From an uncultured Candidatus Saccharibacteria bacterium (lineage in GTDB: Bacteria; Patescibacteriota; Saccharimonadia; Saccharimonadales; Saccharimonadaceae), in the NCBI GenBank assembly GCA_964584145.1, contig CAZOYU010000002.1, forward strand, positions 19,956 through 83,955: 64,000 nucleotides of DNA. Reading direction: 5' to 3'. Below, one piece after another: positions 18,343-26,200 of this stretch (its first letter is position 1; each line of letters begins with the position of its first letter). The position numbers and the translations under genes were made by a program. The notes under the pieces are model-generated. The model searched no databases, was not told the origin of the DNA, and saw nothing but the letters and a program-made list of their open reading frames with translations.

Positions 18343-21300
18343 GTTTCCGAAGGTCGTTCGAGCGTTCGTTCTTGCGACGATTATCTGTGCGCTTTTTGCG
18401 CAGAATATCTTTGCGAGTGGGTGGGGGGATTATGGGGGTGGTGCCGGTGGCGGGAGCTGCGCACCGCAAAATGCTACTCTTTGGGAAGATACCTGCTTTG
18501 GCGGTGCATGGGAATACTATGAGTATGTCGATAATTATATAGGTGAAGTTACTACTTATAGCTACGGCAGGTATGCGACAGGTATGACAATTCCCAAAGT
18601 TTGCTCTGAAATTGGCGGTTTTTATAGTTTTGGTATGATTCCTTACAATAACAGATACACCAGTGTTTACGATAGGATACAGAATGCTAACTGGGGCGTT
18701 TATCCAAGTAAACAACAAATGGGCACACTGAGGAAAGTCGGAAGTGCCGTAATACCTTTTTTGCCATATGATCAGATAAAGAACATCAAATCGAATTCGG
18801 TTGCAAAAAAGGGGTCAGGGGAATTTAGGGGTTATTCAGGAACGGGATTAAGCTATAAAGAGACTGGCGCTAAGTCTACGGGATATGCGGACCCAGATCA
18901 GGTATCAAAGGACTTTGAGAAAGCGAAAGATGCTGGTGTTATAGAGAATGGCGTTACGAAGGAAAATGTTGCCGCCTTCTGCTATGGCCCAAATATGCCG
19001 GGGGGAAGTAAAGCCAGTACTTTCGATTCCAGCTCCAAAGCGACAGTTAGTGGCGCCAGTGTAACTACTGGCTGGTCTGGTTGGGATTCGAAAACTACCA
19101 CTTCATATACTACAACTAGCTCAAGTGTCACGCTTGATTTTGAACATAAATTACGCAGAGTAGGCACTGGTGACAATATTAGTAATGCGGTGAGTGTTGG
19201 CTGGACTATTAGTAGTGCTTATAGTGCTTCTGGCACCGCCAGCTGGCCAGCCAATGTTGCCGGCGAAAAGAGTAATATTGGCGGGAAAAGCGTCACGGTT
19301 AATATAGCGCGCGGCGAAACAAAAACTGTCTGCGCCACCATTACGCACGCCAGCAAGATTAGCGGCAATACATCGAGCGGCAGCGAGAGCTCTACTGCCT
19401 GCATTACAATCACCCGCGAAGGTGGCGGTAGTAGCACTTGTGAGACTGGCAGAGGCGCATACCATAACAACATCGGCAGCACTGGCGTCAGCAAAAATGG
19501 CGGAGACTTCTCCTTTTCTGGCGATAATCCTAATGGAGATTTTAGTCGAAGTAACGAATTCGGCAATTATGTTAGTCTGACTAGTATCTGGGCCAAACCG
19601 GGCGATTCTATTCAATTTATGCATAGGATTTGTGCCGGCGCACAGAGCGTCGTTGACGATCCGAAGTCCGATCTCGGCAGTAGTTACAATACCTCTTATG
19701 ATTTTTCTGCTATTACCGCTTTCGACGGTGGTGCAAATATTGACTATCTCTTCGGTAATACGCTCGGGCAGCGCAAGAATAGCATCTCCGCCTCCGAACT
19801 AGAAGGGGAAAATTACGAGCTAGCTATTAGTTCGCCTAGTGAGGGCGCCAATTATGGCTGTAATCAAATGTCTGGCTCATCGATTATCGGTTACTATCGT
19901 ATTCCGAGCCTTTCCCATAACAACAACTGTCGGTCCGCTTCCGCAACTAGGCTTTCCGATGCCGGCAATACTATTACTCAGACTATGTCCTGGAAAGATC
20001 TTCGGGCCAAAGTGACTAGACATCATGAGAGCTGGACGGATAGCGAAGGTCATCACCATAGTCGTACCTGGTATACCACGGACGTCGATAGCACGCATAA
20101 CGGTAGTCGTACCTTTACTTCCGCCGCCAGCGTCTATGTTCCTTACAACTACATCATTAAGCCTTATATCGTGAGAACGGACGAAAGTAATTCGATTGTC
20201 ACGCTGGGCGGCGAAATCTCGACCAACGTTTATCTCCCCGTCGATAAGCGCGAAAACAAGCAAGTTGGCGGGACCTATGCCACTCAAACTAAACCGACTA
20301 AGGTTAAGGTCATTTCCTACGTTGCCAGCTCATTAAATACGCCTACTTCCGAAATTAGCTACTACGTCGACACGAATGGCGTCGCCACCAATAATCTTTG
20401 CTCAAGAATCAAGGGTAATGGGAGCGATCGGACCGTCACTAGGACTTGCAGAGTTGTCAAAGAAGAATCTGACGTAATCCTTAACGAGAACCCTACCGGC
20501 AATCTTGATGGCACCTATTCTTCTTCCGATTCCAAAAACAATAACGTCAATGCTGGCGGTTCATACTATGGAAATATTTCTGCAACCGTCCCTGACGCCG
20601 GTGATGATAACTATAATATCGGCGATCACTTCTGCATTGCTGTTGCGACTTGGCCAGGCGACAGCCATAATAGTGGCGCAGCGTCGTCCATCAATAAATC
20701 CAATCAACAGGTCGCCCTCTCCGATGATGCTGGCTCCGGCGCTCAGTGGTCCATCTCGGCGCCAACTTGTGTCACAATCGCCAAGAATCCAACTTTCAGC
20801 GTTGAAGGCTCGCAATTAGCTACTACTGGCAATGTTAGCTCGTCGGTCTTCAATCGTAGCGGCAAATATTATTATAGTTCTTGGTCTGAATATGGCATTG
20901 TTGCCGCCGGAGCTGTCAATAATACGGCTTCTGGTGCGGCAACCACCTACATTAATGCACTTGGTCTTAAATCTTTCAACAACCCCAATTACACTATTGG
21001 TCTAAAAGAGACAAATCTTGCTAGCGTTAGCGCCGGTGCTCATAATGGTGGCGGTCAAATCTTTAACTCACAGACTATGTATAATAAAAATGTTAACAAA
21101 CCGGGTGGCGCTACTAATTTGGGCATTGGTGAAGATATTCGTGACTTCTATGAATCTATTAAGAATGTCTATACACGCAAAGCAGACGATGCGTACCGGG
21201 ACGAGGCTGGCGTAAAATCCTATAACGATATATATCGCGTAAAGAATTCGTGGGGGCGGTATGTTTCGCCTACCAAATATAATGGTTATTATGATATCAC

Positions 21301-22123
21301 GCCTAATGCGGCTTACGCTTGTAAATATGACGCCCAGAAGGGTTATTACGTTGTGGCCAGTGGAGATATGGCCCGCGCTACGAAAATAGATTCTAAGACC
21401 GGAAGAGAAGTTAATACTGCGCCATACTATTGTCTAGACAATGGCGCCAAGTATCACCATGTTGTTGGCAATGCTTATATTGGTAACGCTAACGATGATA
21501 GTATCGCAACTCAGCTTCGTCTCTTTGTTGACGACCTTAAGAGCGGTGACAGTCAAGAGACTTATCGCAACCAGACTATGGTCATTCATGTCGAGGGTAA
21601 ACTCGTAATTGACGCTAATTTTATAATCGCAAACTATTATAACGGCCAAGAAGCCGACCGCTTTACAGATATTCAGCAAATTCCGCAAATTATTATCATT
21701 GCTGACAGTATTGATATTACCGCCAACGTCACTCGTATTGATGCCTGGCTTATTGCGGACATTGATAATGGTACTATTAATACCTGTGCCTACGACAATT
21801 TTAACGGTTTTCGTAGTGGGCAATATATTAATAGCGTTGGCAAGAGTTCTACGCTCACTGCGAATAAATGCAGTCGCGAGCTAGTTATTAATGGCCCAGT
21901 CACGACTAAGAATCTCATCCTTAATCGCACTGCTGGTGCTGGCACTCAGCCTTCGCGATTCAACTACAGTGGCACCTCGCTTCAAGCCAACGATGCTTAT
22001 TATGTTCAGCGCGGCGAAATCTTTAATCTCCGCCCTGATGCATATCTTTGGGGGTACTACCAAGCCCAGCGCAACGGTATCATTACGACCGTCTATTCGC
22101 ACGAATATCCAACCCGTTATTAA
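18326..22123 (+). CDS. cassette protein B1: giant secreted protein (1265 aa), unknown family
   Basis: The ATG at 18326 gives a Sec-type signal peptide (MKTISKFPKVVRAFVLATIICALFAQNIFA/SG) and overlaps the A1 stop by 17 nt. The ORF-track start 18236 lies inside A1. Shares its C-terminal ~845 aa with B2 and B3. Confidence 0.9.
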   Translation: MKTISKFPKVVRAFVLATIICALFAQNIFASGWGDYGGGAGGGSCAPQNATLWEDTCFGGAWEYYEYVDNYIGEVTTYSYGRYATGMTIPKVCSEIGGFYSFGMIPYNNRYTSVYDRIQNANWGVYPSKQQMGTLRKVGSAVIPFLPYDQIKNIKSNSVAKKGSGEFRGYSGTGLSYKETGAKSTGYADPDQVSKDFEKAKDAGVIENGVTKENVAAFCYGPNMPGGSKASTFDSSSKATVSGASVTTGWSGWDSKTTTSYTTTSSSVTLDFEHKLRRVGTGDNISNAVSVGWTISSAYSASGTASWPANVAGEKSNIGGKSVTVNIARGETKTVCATITHASKISGNTSSGSESSTACITITREGGGSSTCETGRGAYHNNIGSTGVSKNGGDFSFSGDNPNGDFSRSNEFGNYVSLTSIWAKPGDSIQFMHRICAGAQSVVDDPKSDLGSSYNTSYDFSAITAFDGGANIDYLFGNTLGQRKNSISASELEGENYELAISSPSEGANYGCNQMSGSSIIGYYRIPSLSHNNNCRSASATRLSDAGNTITQTMSWKDLRAKVTRHHESWTDSEGHHHSRTWYTTDVDSTHNGSRTFTSAASVYVPYNYIIKPYIVRTDESNSIVTLGGEISTNVYLPVDKRENKQVGGTYATQTKPTKVKVISYVASSLNTPTSEISYYVDTNGVATNNLCSRIKGNGSDRTVTRTCRVVKEESDVILNENPTGNLDGTYSSSDSKNNNVNAGGSYYGNISATVPDAGDDNYNIGDHFCIAVATWPGDSHNSGAASSINKSNQQVALSDDAGSGAQWSISAPTCVTIAKNPTFSVEGSQLATTGNVSSSVFNRSGKYYYSSWSEYGIVAAGAVNNTASGAATTYINALGLKSFNNPNYTIGLKETNLASVSAGAHNGGGQIFNSQTMYNKNVNKPGGATNLGIGEDIRDFYESIKNVYTRKADDAYRDEAGVKSYNDIYRVKNSWGRYVSPTKYNGYYDITPNAAYACKYDAQKGYYVVASGDMARATKIDSKTGREVNTAPYYCLDNGAKYHHVVGNAYIGNANDDSIATQLRLFVDDLKSGDSQETYRNQTMVIHVEGKLVIDANFIIANYYNGQEADRFTDIQQIPQIIIIADSIDITANVTRIDAWLIADIDNGTINTCAYDNFNGFRSGQYINSVGKSSTLTANKCSRELVINGPVTTKNLILNRTAGAGTQPSRFNYSGTSLQANDAYYVQRGEIFNLRPDAYLWGYYQAQRNGIITTVYSHEYPTRY
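21557..22123 (+). repeat. paralogous C-terminal module of B1 (ETYRNQT ... EYPTRY)
   Basis: FTDIQQIPQIIIIADSIDITANVTRIDAWLIA ... QRGEIFNLRPDAYLWGYYQAQRNGIITTVYSHEYPTRY. Near-identical blocks occur in B2 and B3. Confidence 0.9.
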
Positions 22124-22148
22124 AAAATCACGAAATTTTGCTAAATAG

Positions 22149-22157
22149 TGCTAGTAT
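22149..22157 (+). promoter_or_regulatory. extended -10 (TGcTAGTAT) 6 nt upstream of the A2 ATG
   Basis: agTGcTAGTATataaacATG. No SD sequence and no terminator hairpin in the 40-nt B1-A2 spacer. Confidence 0.4.
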
Positions 22158-22163
22158 ATAAAC

Positions 22164-23249
22164 ATGAGCGAAAACGACTCAAGGCTTTTTGGCGAAGTTG
22201 ATTTTGATCCAACTGCAGCGTCTGACTCTCCCGCGACTCCCATTACCGATTCGCCGAATATTTCTAGTGCCGCTGACGAAGAGCGAAAACAAGAGGCTGC
22301 CGTCGATGCCGCGCGGCGCCGTACTGAAACTGTCGATATTGATAGCATTCCACTTGATAAAAAAGATGTGTATTTTAAAGCTGAAGATATTAAGAAACCG
22401 ACCGACGCAAGTTATTTTGTGAATGTTGAGGGTGAAGCGGAGCGTAAACGCGACGAAGCGCGTCGCGCTCGCGAACAAGCTGAACTTAAACGGCGCGCCG
22501 CCGCCGAAGATGCACAAAAGGCTGCTGCTAAGAAAAAAGCTGCGGAGCAGGCCGCTGCCCGCAAAGCTGCTGCCGAAAAGAAGGCCGCCGCTGCGACCGA
22601 CAAGCGTGTGCTAGGCGAACTTATGCGCAAGGCTCATGCTCGCAAAAAAGAAAATCGTCGCGTGCGTTTTCGTCGCCATCGGCAAAAGCTACGCGATCGC
22701 CTATTCAAAGGTGGCAATAAATTTATCACACTCGGCGCCACTCTCGCCGCCGCGGCATTGGTTCTAACTTTTGTCGTCATTCCGCTGCAACAAGCCGACG
22801 AGCGCCGTCAAGCCGACGAGCTTGCTCGACAGCAAGCTGCGGAATATGAACGGCGAAAAGAAACTGACGAATCGTTAATCGTTGAGGCAATTATAAATGA
22901 GGCTGATGAGCGTCTTGAATCGTATGATCTGGATGGCGCAGACGTTATTTACAATAATGCACTCGACAAGGCAACAAGCGATGAGTTGCGCTCTTATATC
23001 TACTTACATCGGTCACAGAAAATCTATCGGCTCATGTATGATTTGGAGCCAGAACGGGTCTACGAGGATGCTCTGAAAGCCTATGAATATGGACAAAAAT
23101 CTTATGAGGCTGTCAGTTGGTTGGCGTGGATTTATGAGTGTCGCAACGAAGATAATAAAGCTGCCGAGCTTCAGGGGCTACTTGAGCAAATCGTAAAAGA
23201 GCAAGCGAGCGAATCCTCTGAAAATAATACTGGAGAAGGACAAGGATAG
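22164..23249 (+). CDS. cassette protein A2: bitopic membrane protein with acidic head, long Ala/Lys/Arg coiled coil, TM helix and TPR-like ectodomain
   Basis: 361 aa. MSENDSRLFGEVDFD, VDIDSIPL, YFKAEDIKK, YFVNVEGE, about 60 aa of AEQAAARKAAAEKKAAA-type sequence, TM ITLGATLAAAALVLTFVVIPL, then a helical repeat domain (ALDKATSDELRSYIYLHRSQ...ALKAYEYGQKSYEAVSWLAWIY). Confidence 0.88.
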   Translation: MSENDSRLFGEVDFDPTAASDSPATPITDSPNISSAADEERKQEAAVDAARRRTETVDIDSIPLDKKDVYFKAEDIKKPTDASYFVNVEGEAERKRDEARRAREQAELKRRAAAEDAQKAAAKKKAAEQAAARKAAAEKKAAAATDKRVLGELMRKAHARKKENRRVRFRRHRQKLRDRLFKGGNKFITLGATLAAAALVLTFVVIPLQQADERRQADELARQQAAEYERRKETDESLIVEAIINEADERLESYDLDGADVIYNNALDKATSDELRSYIYLHRSQKIYRLMYDLEPERVYEDALKAYEYGQKSYEAVSWLAWIYECRNEDNKAAELQGLLEQIVKEQASESSENNTGEGQG

Positions 23250-23255
23250 TGCAAA

Positions 23256-26200
23256 ATGACGAATAACTTTTTAAGAGTGGTTGCGGTGGTCGCAACGATA
23301 ACTATATGCAGTCTTTTTCTGTGGACTGATAATGCTAATGCTGCAAGGACAAGCTGTGATAGTAGTAAAATATTTATCAATACAAGTTTGATTGCAAACT
23401 CGATTACGGACGCGAGCATTCAAGATATTGGCGCACTCGATGGTACCAGAGACTCGTCTATTGTTGGCACGGGCGCATGGGCGTGCGCTGAAACTAGCCG
23501 GGGAATTTTCTTTATTGCCGATAGTGTTGACCATGATGTGAATACCGGTAAATATATTATCAATCTTGATGTGAAAGTTAATCCAGAAAGTACGCGAAAC
23601 ACCGCGATTGCCATGGGCATGATTAACTATAAGCAAGAATCCGTAATCGATCAAAACGTTTATGCTATAAATATAAAATATTGTACCCAGGATTTTGAAT
23701 ATAGCTTCGTCTATGGTAAAGGCTATGATAACGTTGAATGTCCGGACGGGAGAGATGATGCGGGTGGCATAATAAATCAATATGGCTCAATTGTGCAGCG
23801 ACAAGGTGCCAATGATAATGTCTCAAGCGGGGCGTATGCCTATTGGTCGGAGCCTAAATATACATCCTCAACAATAAATGTTGATGGAACCGTTTTGAGT
23901 GCTAAATTAAATAATACTACTTTTAAACACGATAATGTCGTGAGGACTATTAATAATGGCAACACTTACGTAATAAAGTTATGGCAATGGCGCTGTTGGT
24001 CCTATGACATGTATAATTATAATAAATATAATAAAGATGCTTGCGCATCGAACCCGATTCTATTGGCAGTCGATATGAGTTGGAGTACGACTTTTGCCGG
24101 TAAGGTGGATAATATTAACGTCTCGGGCGCGAGCTATAATTCTTCTGACGGTAAATATTATACCGATAATGACGAGATTGATATTAAATATAACTATTAT
24201 CTTGCGAGAAATAATAATGGGCCAGACAAATCAGTGCAGGGGGGGTATACTACATATATATCATCCGGTGATGGCGCAAATGGCAATGTGAAATTATCAA
24301 AAAATTCTGGTTGGGCATGGGTGGCTTCTAGGACGGAGAGTGGACGTTCATTGAGTTATGGCGATAATACAATCTGCGGTAGAATTGGCTATTTTGTTAC
24401 AGTTAGTAGTGAAGGTGGCGGTAAAAATAAAGATTGGACCGAATCGTCAAAGTGTATTACTGTTCATAAATACAGTTGGTATGAATTTGAAGGTCAAGTC
24501 GTTCCATATGTTAATGATGTCTCAAAATCGAGCGGTAGCACCGTCTGGATTGACGGCAATTCTGCGAAGCTCAAGTTTGTACACCAACTTAAACGCACTG
24601 GCAGTGCCCAGACTCGCTACGGTACCAGCAAAAGCTCCAACTTGTCCAGTATTTTTAGTATTCAAAATTGGTATGGTACTTCTTCGTTAACTAACAATAA
24701 TAGTTGGCAGACGCAGAAAACTAGTGGCGATTCTGATTCTACTGTGAATATTGCTAAAAGCGATAGCGGATCTACCTATTGTCAATATCTGAAGTACTAT
24801 AAAACGGTACGCGATGATAGTAAAGATTTTAGAAACCAAGAAGAAAAGAGCGCCTGTGTCACCCTCAAACGTTATAAAACCAATTTTACTGGTAAGACTA
24901 CGGTTACTGTCAATGGCAAGGAATATAGTGATGGTGACACGATTACCGTTGAGAGTTCCGATGGTAAAATACCTGTGACCGTGCCGGTTGTCTTTAAGCA
25001 TACTGTTACGCGCAACTCTGAAAGCACGCCGCCATCCGCGCCAAGCAATAAAAAATCTAGTATCGCGATCTCGACTTCTGGCACTTCTGGCTGTCGTTCT
25101 GGCGATCCTTGCGGAACCAATACTAGTGCCGAGGATACCGACGAGCTCGCTTCTGGCGCCTCCTATACAAAGACACAGTCCATCAATACCAAAGTTTATC
25201 CAGACCAGACTATTAAAATCTGTCAACAAATGACCTACAAGAATCAAATTTGGGGCAGTAGCGAAAGCACTGCAACTGCCGACCAGGTCTGCGTTACGCT
25301 CAAGATGGATAAGGCGCTCTGCTCGGATAATACTCAATTTGGTATTCACGACGGTCAAAACCTCGGCTCGCTCAGTATTAGTAAAAATGTTAATAATAGC
25401 GACAGTAATACCGTCGTCAAATCTGGCGCCAAGAATACTGGCAGTACCGAAATAACAATGTGGGCTAAACCGGGTGACAATATCAGCTTCACGCACGATT
25501 CCTGTGCCGCCGCCGACTTGCCGAACCAGTTCCATAATAATGGCAAGACTACCACCTATAACGTCTCCGCCGGCCGCTCTAGCTCCTCCGGTTCGCTCGA
25601 CGCGACGGGTTATCTTTTTGGCAATAGTATCGGCTCCGAGCCATATACTAGCTCTTCTGCCACTATCGCTACTACCAACGCCAATTCCGGCACTGGACCA
25701 TTCAAGAGTGGCCAATATGCCGCGACTTATAAATCGCCAAGTACTAAATCCGACACCGACTATACTTGTACGACCGACTATTATGGTAATAGTCATCAAT
25801 CGAAAACTAATTATTATCAAATTACTTCTGATGTCGCCAAGACCAGTACGCTCACTAGCGCCCGCTGCAATTCTTACGTGAAAACTATTAATAATTCTAC
25901 GGACTATGCGATTGGCTCCAACGTCGGCACCTCTTTCTCGCAAACGCTTTCTTGGACCGACCTCTGGATTAGCAATGATTCTGTCGACAGTAGTCACAAC
26001 GGCTCTAAGACTGCCAGTATTAAAGGTACCGTTAGCGTGCCATACAATTACTACCTCTATCCGTATGTCGGCAATAATAGCACTAGCACTACTCAGACCG
26101 TCACTCCAGGGGCAAGCCTGAAAGCTAATGTTTACTTACCTGTCATGCAGCGCGAGAATAAGCAAGTTGGCGAAACTTATGCCACGCACACTAAGCCAAC

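Noticed and set aside
22440-22620. Ala/Lys/Arg-rich stretch of A2 as a possible nucleotide tandem repeat or contingency locus
   Set aside because: At the DNA level the codons are varied (gct/gcc/gcg, aaa/aag) and I could not find a clean repeating unit. It looks like compositional bias of a coiled coil rather than a tandem repeat.
24687-25997. 436-aa ORF on the minus strand inside B2
   Set aside because: It is entirely antisense to the much longer, paralog-supported B2 frame. Its translation is Arg/Ile/Gly-rich low-complexity with no motifs. This is typical shadow ORF behaviour in a Ser/Thr/Asn-rich gene.
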